Positions 10,476 through 19,942 of a DNA stretch of 64,000 nucleotides are shown here, piece by piece (the stretch's first letter is position 1; every line of letters begins with the position of its first letter). The stretch spans positions 864,001 through 928,000 of the forward strand of contig CAVPQB010000004.1 in assembly GCA_963707505.1 (NCBI GenBank), in the 5' to 3' direction. The DNA comes from an uncultured Gemmatimonadales bacterium (GTDB lineage Bacteria; Gemmatimonadota; Gemmatimonadetes; Gemmatimonadales; Gemmatimonadaceae). Both the position numbers and the translations under genes were made by a program. Under the pieces are notes generated by a model that was not told the DNA's origin, ran no database searches, and saw nothing but the letters and a program-made list of their open reading frames with translations.

Positions 10476-13091
10476 GTGGTGCCATCCGAGTCCATTGGCA
10501 TAAGTTCCTCTGCGGAGCCGGCATCAACCGGCGCACAATCGACTCGACCACCGGGCGGTCCCACGCACGTTGGGCCGTACCGCATCGTTCGCCTCCTCGG
10601 CGAAGGCGGTATGGGCGTCGTGTATCTCGCAGAACAGGACGAGCCTGTTCGCCGACAGGTGGCGCTGAAGATTCTCCGCCACGGCCTCAATACGAACGAT
10701 GTAGTGGCACGCTTCCACTCCGAGCAGCAGACGCTGGCGATGATGGAGCATCCGAACATCACGCGAGTTTATGACGCCGGTGTGACGGAGTCGGGGCTGC
10801 CGTATTTCGTGATGGAATAGGTGGGTGGACACACCATCACCGAGTACGCCGCAACGCACCGTCTCAGCGTGCGCGAACGCATCAACATGTTCATTCAGGT
10901 TTGCCGAGCGGTGCAGCACGCCCATCAGAAGGGAATCGTCCATCGCGACATCAAGCCGTCGAACGTCATCGTCACCGATGCGGACGGCAAACCGCTGTGC
11001 AAGGTGATCGACTTCGGAATAGCGAAGGCCGTCGCGCCGGCACTTGAAAGCGCGCGGCTGACCATGACCGGCATGGCGCTCGGAACTCCCGCATACATGA
11101 GTCCGGAGCAGTTTCTCTCCGACGGGACGGACATCGACACTCGTGCGGATATCTACGCGCTCGGCGCGATGCTGTACGAGCTGCTCGCCGGAGTTCTACC
11201 GTTCGATCCCGCGAAGTTTTCCGGAATGGCGGCGCTGCTCGCACAACACGTAACGAATGACCCACCCCAACCAAGTGTGCAATTCGGTGGGCTGCCAGCC
11301 GAGAAGCGAGCAATGCTCGCCGCGGAACGGCGCACCGACGCCACGACGCTCCGGCATACGCTTGCGGGTGATCTTGACGCTGTCATCCTCGAAGCACTCG
11401 AACGAGATCGTGAGCGGCGCTACGCGACTGCCAATGCATTCGCGCTCGACCTCGAGAACTATCTGGAGAACAAGCCCGTCGCCGCGCATACCTCCAGCGT
11501 TGCGTATCGAGCTGGAAAGTTCACGCGGCGTCACCGCGTCGGCGTGACGTTCGCGGCCACAGTGCTCGTTCTTCTGGCTGCTGCTGCCATCGGCGCGACG
11601 GTCCAGGCCCGACGGCTCGCGCGCGCGCGTGCCGTCGCCGTTGCGCGGCAGGGGCAGGCAGAGGATCTGATTGGATTCATGCTCGGCGATCTGCGCGACA
11701 AGCTGACAGTGATGGGACGGCTCGATGTTCTGGATTCCGTAGGGGCGAAGGCACTCGTCTATTTCGCTGCCGTCCCCCCGTCACAACTGAGCGACGAGGA
11801 GTCGTTTCGCCGTGCGCAAGCGCTGCAGCAACTTGGCGAGGTGCGCATGGCGCAGGGCAAGTTGCCCGACGCAGCTCGGTTGATGGGACAGTCTCTGTTG
11901 ATCTCCGAGGGATTGGCTCAGCGCGACTCGTTGAACGGCCGGTGGCAGATAGGACTCGCTCACAGCCATTTCTGGGCTGGCAATGTCGATTGGGAGCTTG
12001 GAAGCATCGATTCAGCACTGGCTCACTTTGCACCGTTCGTCACGATCAGTCGGCGTCTGATCGCGCACTACCCGGACAGTCTGGAATATCGCGCCGAGTT
12101 GGCGTATGCATTGAACAACATCGGCTTCGCGAAGGAAGCGAGCGGCGACGTCCGTGGTGCACTTGCATCATACACGGCGAGCCTCGGAATCAACCAGAGC
12201 CTGGTGAATCGCGATCCAGCGAAGCTGGACTGGCAGGTCAGTCTCGCCGCGGAGCACAATGCTGCGGCTGTTGCCCAGCGGAAACTCGGCGATCTCACCG
12301 GCGCACTCGCGAGCCACGACACCGAACTGGCCATCAAACAATCACTGCTCGCTCACGATTCAACCAACGTTGAATACGAGCACTACGTCGGCATCGCGCA
12401 TGCATACCGTGGAGAGCTTCGCATGTTGACGGGCGACGAGAAAGGCGCGCTCGAGGATGCATCGGCGACGCGTGCGCTCTACGCAAGGATCGTCGCACAC
12501 GACACGACCAACGCGTCGATGCAATGGAGCCTGGCAAAAACCGACCGGCAGATCGCGCAGATTCATCTCGAGGAAGGGAATCCGCACGCCGCGCTTGCTG
12601 AGCTGAGCGCAGGTCAGGTCATCATTCGGCGTCTATTGCTCAAATCTCCGGCGAATCCGCGCGCCGCCGCTGAACGAATACTCGCTGGTACGGTGGAGGC
12701 GCAGGGCCTGCTTGCGACCGGGCGCACGAACGACGCGTTGTTGGCGGCGCAACGCGCTGTGTTCGAAGCCGATTCGGCCGTCGCCACGAAGCCGAGCGAC
12801 ATCGAGCATCGTCTAGCGGCCGCGGAGGCAAGTCTCGCAGCAGGTGATGCGGAATCGCGCGCGGGGGACGCCGCCAGCGCGCGCGCCGCGTGGACGCATG
12901 CCCTTGCGCTCATCGATTCCACGGCGACCGCGACCAGGGAAACAGAGCTGCTCGCGGTGCAGGCGACCGCAATACTCGAGCTCGGACGCGAGAACGACGC
13001 CACGTCGCTTGTGACCGAGCTCGAACGGCGCCGCTATCGAAGACCCTCGTTCCTCAGGCTGGTCCGCAAGCATCAACGCGCTGCGGCGTGA
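10476..13091 (+). pseudogene. Membrane Ser/Thr protein kinase with C-terminal TPR-like region, interrupted by an in-frame TAG at 10818-10820
   Basis: [43 protein letters not shown], one TM helix, helical repeats; both ORF pieces are in the same frame. Confidence 0.88.
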
Positions 13092-13181
13092 CGCTCGGTA
13101 ACGGGCGGGCCGAAGCGTGAAGTATCGGCTGCTGGCATTCCGCCCGCAGTCGCCAAATCAACCATCATGGAGATTCGTCAG

Positions 13182-13508
13182 ATGCCGGACATCACAGTCA
13201 ACGTAAACTTCACCGATCCAGACACGTTTTCATTCGATCCGCCAGTTGCGAGCTTGAATGCCGCGGGGAAAGTCATACTCAAGTGCAAGCCTGCAAACGC
13301 GAGCTGGACTTTTGTCAGTGTCAACAATCTCCCGAATTCCCAGTTCACGTGGAGTCTCAAGGGGAACGATTCCGAAGTCCACATTGACGACGCATGTACA
13401 GCCAACGGAGAGTTTGGATATACGGTAACGGTGCACGATGCCACCGGTGACCATACGAGCGGACCGGGCTCCGGTGGGACTGTGCCGCCGATGATCATGA
13501 ACCTGTGA
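13182..13508 (+). CDS. Small predicted beta-rich hypothetical protein (possibly DP-EP/AidA-like fold)
   Basis: GGAG RBS 8 nt before ATG 13182; alternating beta-strand pattern; C-terminal PPMIMNL; followed by a strong hairpin. Confidence 0.7.
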   Translation: MPDITVNVNFTDPDTFSFDPPVASLNAAGKVILKCKPANASWTFVSVNNLPNSQFTWSLKGNDSEVHIDDACTANGEFGYTVTVHDATGDHTSGPGSGGTVPPMIMNL

Positions 13509-13529
13509 CGGCTCGCCGGCGGCGGTAAG

Positions 13530-13567
13530 GCTCCGGTCCCCACTGGCACGCCAGTGGGGACCGGAGC
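13530..13567 (+). terminator. Strong GC-rich hairpin, terminator-like but with no U-tract
   Basis: GCTCCGGTCCCCACTGG-CACG-CCAGTGGGGACCGGAGC, perfect 17-bp stem. Confidence 0.6.
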
Positions 13568-13643
13568 GTACGGTGAGCAATGGCGGGTGTTGGTCCAGGC
13601 CAGGAAATGTGGGTCCGCCAACATGTGGCCGATACTCCTGTAC

Positions 13644-16130
13644 ATGACGCCCTATTCCCACGTCGCCACAGCCTCCGGCGCGCGGAACTCGAGTGCTGCC
13701 GTTGGAGGGACCGACGAGTCCTTCTCGCCGGCCGCTGCGCTCGGGACCATCTACCGGCAGGCCGACCGGTGGATGGCGGTGTTCATCGCCGCTCATCTGC
13801 TCTTTGCGGTCGCAATCGCGCCGGTGTACGGAACCTGGAACGCGGTCGTGCTCGTTGGCGGTGGACTGGCCCTGTCATTCGTTCTCAGTGCGTGGCGCTG
13901 GCCAGGCTCCTTCTGGACGCGCTGCCTGGCCGGCGTCGCACTGCAGGGCTTCGCCGCGCTGCACATTTACCAGATGCACGGCCTGGCGGAGATGCACTTC
14001 TTCATCTTCACGGCTGTGACGATGATGATCGCCTACCAGGACGTCGTGGCGCTCTGGCCGGGTGTGATCGGCATTGTAGCTCAGCACACGCTGTTCGCGT
14101 ACTGGCACAACCAGGGACATCCCGTCGGCGGCGTACCGTTCTTCGACCATCATCACGCTGGAACGCTTCAGCTTGGGTTCCACTTCGGAATCGCCGTCGT
14201 GGAGGTCGTGATCGCCTCATTCTGGACGTTCGCCCTCCGGCAGAGAACGCTCCGCGATGCGAAGCAGCGCGCAGCACTGGCCGGCGCGAATGCAGCGCTG
14301 GCGGAGCGGGAAGCAGACACCGCCCGCTCCCTGGCACTTGTCGAAGCGACCCTGGAAGCGACTGCCGACGGTATTCTCGTACTCGATGCCGCCGACAGGG
14401 TTACGGACTACAACAAGCGTGTTGCCGAAATGTGGGCGATCTCCCCGGCGCTTCTCGCCGAGGGCGATGGCACCGCTGTCCGGAACCGACTCCTCGCACA
14501 AGTTTGCGACCCCGTTGCGCTGGGTGCCCACTACGCTGTGACAGGCAACGAGCCAGTGTACCAGCGGCTCGATCAGGTGGAGCTGACCGACGGCCGTGTG
14601 TTCGAGTGTCACGTGCGCCCGCAGCATGTCGGCACGAACGCAGTCGGACGCGTGCTCAGTTTCCACGACGTCACCGAGCGCGTGCGCCTCGAACGTGAGC
14701 TTGCACATCAGGCGCTCACTGACGCACTGACGGGACTCGCCAACCGGGTCCTGTTCCGCGATCGCGTAGCACATGCGCTTGCGCGGAGCAGCCGGAACCC
14801 CGGCAGCGTAGCGGTCCTTCTTGTGGATCTTGACGGGTTCAAGCTGGTCAATGACGGACTTGGACACGGCGTGGGCGACGCGGTACTCTGCAGGGTTGCC
14901 GAGTGTTTCCAGCATGCAGTTCGCGACGGCGACACGGTTGCACGTCTCGGCGGCGACGAGTTCGCCATCCTGCTCGAGGACGTCCGCACGGTGGAAGAAG
15001 CGGACGCTGCCGCAGCACGATTGTACGGCGCGCTGACGCTGCCAGTCACAGTGGCACAGCCGCAACCGGGCACGGCGCAGTCCGCCGGGTCGGACGCCGA
15101 TGGAACGAGTGGTGGAACGAGTGGTGAGAGTGGGTCCGGGTCCGAGCGCGAGATTTTCGTCAAGGCAAGCATCGGAATTGCTCTCGCCACCCCGGGCGAG
15201 GACCCGGAAGCACTGCTGCGTAACGCAGACGTCGCGATGTACGCCGCGAAAGCGCGCGGCAAGGGGCAGGCCATGCACTTCGAGCGATCGATGCACGAGC
15301 AGGCGCTCACACGGCTGCGACTCGAGGAGGATCTGCGCGTGGCAGTGGCAGAGCTGATGCAGGGCGGTGAAAGCGCATTCGCCGTGGTCTTCCAACCCAT
15401 CGTGGCGCTCGACACGCACCGTGTAGTCAGCGCCGAGGCGCTGGTGCGCTGGCATCATCCGCGGCGCGGGCTGATCTCCCCTGAGGAGTTCATTCCAGTG
15501 GCGGAGGACACCGGCCTCATCGTTCCGCTCGGCCTCTGGGTTCTTACCCAGGCGTGTACTGCTGCGGCGAGCTGGCCAGTTTCATCCGACGATAACGACA
15601 TCGGCGTGTCAGTCAATCTCTCGGGACGACAGCTCCAGCACGCTTCCATCGTAGACGACGTCCGTGCGGTGCTCGCGGTGACCGGGCTCGCCCCAGAGCG
15701 GCTGACACTCGAAATTACCGAAAGCGTTGTCATGCGCGACACATCCCAGACCCTCGACCAGCTCAGAGCGCTCAAGACGCTCGGACTCCGCCTGGCTGTC
15801 GACGATTTCGGCACTGGGTACTCGTCGCTCAGCTATCTCAGGCAGTTTCCAGTGGACGTGCTCAAGATCGACAAGAGCTTCATCGACGGAATCGCGCGCG
15901 GCGGTGACGCTGCCGCGCTTGCACGCACCATCGTTGCACTCGCAGACACACTTCAGCTCCGGACCGTGGCTGAAGGCATCGAAGACGGCGCGCAGCACTC
16001 CGCCCTCCGTGCACTCGGCTGCACTCTCGGGCAGGGGTTCCTGTTTGCGCGACCGATGACGAACCTGGAACTCTTGCGTTGCATCGAGGGAGGTACCCGG
16101 CCCGTCGCAAGGGCGGGAGCGCGCGAGTAG
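13644..16130 (+). CDS. Membrane sensor-PAS-GGDEF-EAL diguanylate cyclase/phosphodiesterase
   Basis: About 6 TM segments, PAS ending FHDVTER, intact GGDEF, EAL and DDFGTGYSS motifs; start uncertain. Confidence 0.92.
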   Translation: MTPYSHVATASGARNSSAAVGGTDESFSPAAALGTIYRQADRWMAVFIAAHLLFAVAIAPVYGTWNAVVLVGGGLALSFVLSAWRWPGSFWTRCLAGVALQGFAALHIYQMHGLAEMHFFIFTAVTMMIAYQDVVALWPGVIGIVAQHTLFAYWHNQGHPVGGVPFFDHHHAGTLQLGFHFGIAVVEVVIASFWTFALRQRTLRDAKQRAALAGANAALAEREADTARSLALVEATLEATADGILVLDAADRVTDYNKRVAEMWAISPALLAEGDGTAVRNRLLAQVCDPVALGAHYAVTGNEPVYQRLDQVELTDGRVFECHVRPQHVGTNAVGRVLSFHDVTERVRLERELAHQALTDALTGLANRVLFRDRVAHALARSSRNPGSVAVLLVDLDGFKLVNDGLGHGVGDAVLCRVAECFQHAVRDGDTVARLGGDEFAILLEDVRTVEEADAAAARLYGALTLPVTVAQPQPGTAQSAGSDADGTSGGTSGESGSGSEREIFVKASIGIALATPGEDPEALLRNADVAMYAAKARGKGQAMHFERSMHEQALTRLRLEEDLRVAVAELMQGGESAFAVVFQPIVALDTHRVVSAEALVRWHHPRRGLISPEEFIPVAEDTGLIVPLGLWVLTQACTAAASWPVSSDDNDIGVSVNLSGRQLQHASIVDDVRAVLAVTGLAPERLTLEITESVVMRDTSQTLDQLRALKTLGLRLAVDDFGTGYSSLSYLRQFPVDVLKIDKSFIDGIARGGDAAALARTIVALADTLQLRTVAEGIEDGAQHSALRALGCTLGQGFLFARPMTNLELLRCIEGGTRPVARAGARE

Positions 16131-16152
16131 CCACCACATCGGGTCACGCTTG

Positions 16153-16662
16153 CTAAATCAGACCGCCGATGAGTAGCTGTCCGCGAGTCGCAGGTGCCTC
16201 GAGATCCAGCAGGAACTGTTTTCGGTCCAGTCCGCCTGCGTAACCAACCAGCCGTCCGTCAGCGCCGACGACCCTGTGGCACGGGACGACTATGCTCAAC
16301 GGATTGCGAGCGTTCGCTCCGCCAACTTCGCGTGCGAGCGACGGATTGCCCAGCTCCTTCGCCAACTGACCGTACGAGCGCGTCTCTCCGTAAGGGATAT
16401 CGCGCAGAAGGCTCCATACGCGCAGCTGGAAGTCGCTGCCGCACGGCGCGAGGGGGAGGTCGAACTGCGTGCGCTCGCCACGGAAGTATTCGCCTAGCTG
16501 GTCGACCGCTGCTTCGAATCCCGTATCGACTCGTTGGCCGAATGCGGCAGGCTGCGGCAGGCGCGTGTGTTTCGGGAAATACACGCCTGTCAGCGCGCCG
16601 CCGCACGCGACGAGGGTCAGCTCGCCGATGGGCGAATCAGTGACTGTATGAGTGACGCTCAT
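16153..16662 (-). CDS. ogt: Methylated-DNA--protein-cysteine S-methyltransferase
   Basis: IPYGETRSYG and NPLSIVVPCHRV active-site motif. Confidence 0.93.
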   Translation of the reverse strand: MSVTHTVTDSPIGELTLVACGGALTGVYFPKHTRLPQPAAFGQRVDTGFEAAVDQLGEYFRGERTQFDLPLAPCGSDFQLRVWSLLRDIPYGETRSYGQLAKELGNPSLAREVGGANARNPLSIVVPCHRVVGADGRLVGYAGGLDRKQFLLDLEAPATRGQLLIGGLI

Positions 16663-16747
16663 CTCTTTCTCCGTTTCATCGAAAGCTAGCTTCGTCGGTG
16701 GATCACGCTCGCCATTTTCGGACGCGGATAACTGATGCGGGTCGATC

Positions 16748-17176
16748 TCATTTGGTAGGTTGCAGTTTCGCGACCACCTCTACGGGGTGCACGTGGCATA
16801 CGTCTTTCGTCACCGTCACGCCACTCGTGTCGTACGGCGCGAAGCCGTCCTTCCGAATCGATATGCTGTAGCTTCCTGCGCGCTCACCAGCCGCGGACAG
16901 GATGCCGCTGGCTGGTTGGCCCGCAGGGCCAAGATAATTGTAGGACTCGACGTAGCTTCCATCCGTAATCCGCACGGTCGCGCTGTCAGTGATGGCTGCG
17001 CCTGTGGTCGCGTTCTGCACCTTGAGCGATATGCCGTAAACATAAATCGCCGTACAGGCGACGCCGGTTGGCGTCGAGCTCGAGCACGCCGTCAGCGCGA
17101 GAAATGCAACGCAGGCCGAGAGGATGGTCCGGCGACCAGTTGGCGGTGGTCGCCGAGTGACGATGTCGTGTGTCAT
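16748..17176 (-). CDS. Lipoprotein with carboxypeptidase-regulatory-like beta-sandwich domain
   Basis: Lipobox LTAC; ERAGSYSISIRKDGF. Confidence 0.7.
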   Translation of the reverse strand: MTHDIVTRRPPPTGRRTILSACVAFLALTACSSSTPTGVACTAIYVYGISLKVQNATTGAAITDSATVRITDGSYVESYNYLGPAGQPASGILSAAGERAGSYSISIRKDGFAPYDTSGVTVTKDVCHVHPVEVVAKLQPTK

Positions 17177-17406
17177 CCGGCGTGCCTCTCTCTGCCGTGA
17201 ATTCCGTCTTCGGTGACCATTGTACTCACACGACCCCAGCGTCGGGCCGAAACGTCACCCAGTCGCCGCCGCAAGTGTCCGGGCGGACCGCCGAGCAAGC
17301 TGTCCGCGCTGGTCCCACGCGATGCAGTCGGGCCACAAGTCACGTAGATTTTGCTGGTTCGCCCGACGGAAATCGCTCTACCCACAATTGGATGACCGAG
17401 GTTGTC

Positions 17407-17967
17407 ATGACAGGGCTTCTTGCACTCTGGCTCCCGATCCTTCTTTCCGCGGTGATCGTATTCATCGCGAGCGCAATCATCCATATGATGTTGCCGTGGC
17501 ACAAGAACGACTACCGCACGATTCCGAATGAGGAACAGGTCAGCGCGGCGCTTCGTCAGTTCGCGATACCGCCGGGCGACTACATGATGCCGCGCCCCAC
17601 AGGCGCGGCGGATATGAAATCGCCGGAATTCGCCGAGCGCGTGCGGCAGGGTCCCAATCTTCTAGTCACAGTGCTTCCCAACGCTCCGTGGTCGATGGGG
17701 CGGAATCTCGGGCTCTGGTTTATCTACTGTCTCATTGTGAGCAGTCTCGCGGCCTGCCTGACTGGATTCGCGGCGCCGCCAGGCTCGGACTACCACGCCG
17801 TGTTTCACTTCGTCGCAGTAACCGCGTTCCTCGGATATGCAGTCGCGCTGTGGCAAGTGTCGATCTGGTTGCGGCGGTCCTGGATGACGACGTTCAAGGC
17901 TACGGTCGACGGCATCATCTACGCTCTCTTGACGGCAGCGACGTTCGCCTGGCTCTGGCCGAGATAG
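17407..17967 (+). CDS. Conserved-looking 4-TM membrane hypothetical protein
   Basis: GAGG RBS; hydrophobic segments; LWLPILLSAVIVF..HM.LPWHK.D; ends WLWP. Confidence 0.75.
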   Translation: MTGLLALWLPILLSAVIVFIASAIIHMMLPWHKNDYRTIPNEEQVSAALRQFAIPPGDYMMPRPTGAADMKSPEFAERVRQGPNLLVTVLPNAPWSMGRNLGLWFIYCLIVSSLAACLTGFAAPPGSDYHAVFHFVAVTAFLGYAVALWQVSIWLRRSWMTTFKATVDGIIYALLTAATFAWLWPR

Positions 17968-18032
17968 GGACGCGGCAGGATCGCGCGGGCCGGTCACGGG
18001 CTGCCAACCGAAACCCGGGGGCTTCCGTAAAA

Positions 18033-18056
18033 TTAGGTAGGTAGCTATCTATCTAA
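18033..18056. promoter_or_regulatory. Palindromic operator for the adjacent MarR/SlyA-type regulator
   Basis: TTAGGTAGGTAG|CTATCTATCTAA is 10/12 self-complementary with TTAG...CTAA ends as in SlyA boxes; 4 bp before the ATG. Confidence 0.6.
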
Positions 18057-18060
18057 CCCC

Positions 18061-18540
18061 ATGCGCTCCTCCCACAACCGTCCGGCCTCGCCGAGGGACA
18101 CGCTCGAAGTATCCTTCATCGCGACCCTGTGCCCGCTGCGGGAGAAGCTGCGGCGCTGCTACGACAATGAGCTGAATGCGTTCGGGCTCTCTCGCGCGCT
18201 AGCGGCGCCGCTCGTCCGCATCTGGCAGAACGATGGCATGCGGCAGAATGCGCTGGCCGAACAGATGGACATCGAGGGGCCCAGCCTGGTCAGGTTGCTG
18301 GATCAGCTCGGCGCGAGCGGCCTGGTCGTTCGTCGCCCGGACCCGGACGACCAGCGTGCCAAGACGCTGCACCTCACTCCGGCGGGCATCGAGCTCGCGC
18401 AGCGGATCATGCCCGTCGTCGAGCGGTTACGCAAGCATCTCCTGGCTGGCGCATCCGACGCAGATCTCGAGACGTGCCAGCGCGTATTCAACAGTTTTCT
18501 CGCCGCGTGTGAACGCGACGGTTCGGATGTAACAGAGTGA
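18061..18540 (+). CDS. MarR/SlyA family regulator
   Basis: RQNALAEQMDIEGPSLVRLLDQL, DPDDQRAKTLHLT. Confidence 0.9.
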   Translation: MRSSHNRPASPRDTLEVSFIATLCPLREKLRRCYDNELNAFGLSRALAAPLVRIWQNDGMRQNALAEQMDIEGPSLVRLLDQLGASGLVVRRPDPDDQRAKTLHLTPAGIELAQRIMPVVERLRKHLLAGASDADLETCQRVFNSFLAACERDGSDVTE

Positions 18541-18712
18541 CGCGCTGTGTGAACAACGGGTCGTTAAGGCGGTCCACGCAAGCGTCTGGTACGCAACTCG
18601 CAGCGACCGGCCGGCGCCTCCGGCGCAACTTTTTTGCCAGTAATACGCATGACATTTGTCTTCACTGATGTCTTCAAGATTCAATAAATCACGTATGTCA
18701 CATACCCGTAGC

Positions 18713-19942
18713 ATGAGCTTTCTGTCATCGTCGCGCTTCATGGCCGCCGGCGCATGCGTTGCCGCTCTCCTCGCTGGCTGCTCCAAGGCCGGACCGCCGC
18801 CCACTCCGCCTCCGTCGGAGGTGTCAGTGCTCACGGTGACGCCGCGAACGGTCGAGGACAATCTCGAATTTACCGGTCAGGTCCGCGCGTACCGCAGCGT
18901 GCAGGTTCGTGCCCAGGCAATCGGCGTGATCATGGCGCGACCGTTTACCGAGGGCGCGCAGGTGCACGTCGGCGAGGTGCTGTATCGCATCGATCCGACG
19001 ACAGCCGACGCGGAATGGCGGAGTGCAAAGGCGCGTCTCGCGTCGGCGCAGGCAACCCTCGCAAATACACAGACGATGGCATCACGCCTTCGTGCTCTTC
19101 TCCCCGGAAACGCGGTCGCCAAGCAGGACGTCGATAACGCCGAAGCGCAGGTGAAATCCGCAAGCGCTGCGGTCGATGACGCACGCGGCAGCGTCGATGC
19201 AGCTCAGAAGAATCTGAGCGAGACGACGGTTCGTGCCCAGATCAACGGTCGGATCGAGCGCACGCTGCTCGATGTTGGCGCACGCGTGACCGGACCCGCA
19301 GATCTCCTTACCACGATCGATGTGCTGGATCCGATCTACGTCACGTTCAGGCCATCGACGGATCAGCAGGCGCAGTGGCGCAGTGATCCGGTGTATGCTC
19401 GCGCGATCGCACCGGGCGGGTCCGCACGCGTTCAGGTGACGATGCCCGACGGAAGCTCGTTTCCGACGGAGGGACGCATCGGGTACATCGATCCTGTAGT
19501 CGATCCGCAAACCGGAACGCAGGAATACCGCGCCGAGTTCGCGAACCCGCGCCGTATCATGCTTCCGGGTCAGTTCGTGCATGTTTCATTGCGCGGTCTG
19601 TCTCGCACGAATGCAATAGTGATTCCGCAGCGCGCTGTTCTGCAGCAGATGGGACGTCAGATGGTGTACGTAGTCGGATCCGACAACAAGGTTGCGACGC
19701 GTGAAGTGAAGGCGACCACATGGACGGGGAACGACTGGCTGATCGAAACCGGTCTTGCCGCAGGTGATCGCGTAGTCGTTGACGGTGTGCAGAAGATCGG
19801 CCCCGGCGCACCGGTGCACCCGACTCCCTACGTCGATTCCACGAAGACAGCGAAGACTGACTCGGGTGCGACGCCGGCCGCGGCGCCGGCCGCTACGAAA
19901 ACGACGACATCGAGCGCATCGGTCAAGGATTCCGCGCGATGA
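18713..19942 (+). CDS. RND efflux periplasmic adaptor lipoprotein (AcrA/MexA-like)
   Basis: Lipobox LLAGC, lipoyl/helical hairpin, LPGQFV, GDRVVVDG; start uncertain. Confidence 0.92.
   Translation: MSFLSSSRFMAAGACVAALLAGCSKAGPPPTPPPSEVSVLTVTPRTVEDNLEFTGQVRAYRSVQVRAQAIGVIMARPFTEGAQVHVGEVLYRIDPTTADAEWRSAKARLASAQATLANTQTMASRLRALLPGNAVAKQDVDNAEAQVKSASAAVDDARGSVDAAQKNLSETTVRAQINGRIERTLLDVGARVTGPADLLTTIDVLDPIYVTFRPSTDQQAQWRSDPVYARAIAPGGSARVQVTMPDGSSFPTEGRIGYIDPVVDPQTGTQEYRAEFANPRRIMLPGQFVHVSLRGLSRTNAIVIPQRAVLQQMGRQMVYVVGSDNKVATREVKATTWTGNDWLIETGLAAGDRVVVDGVQKIGPGAPVHPTPYVDSTKTAKTDSGATPAAAPAATKTTTSSASVKDSAR

Noticed and set aside
10818..10820. Amber recoding (pyrrolysine or alternative genetic code)
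   Set aside because: Many genes in the window end normally with TAG (for example at 16130, 17967, 28237), and no pyl genes or suppressor tRNA were seen.
16708..16723. Possible Ada-type box upstream of ogt (GTCCGAAAATGGCGAG on the minus strand)
   Set aside because: Only a vague resemblance from memory, a single instance, and no ada gene in the window.
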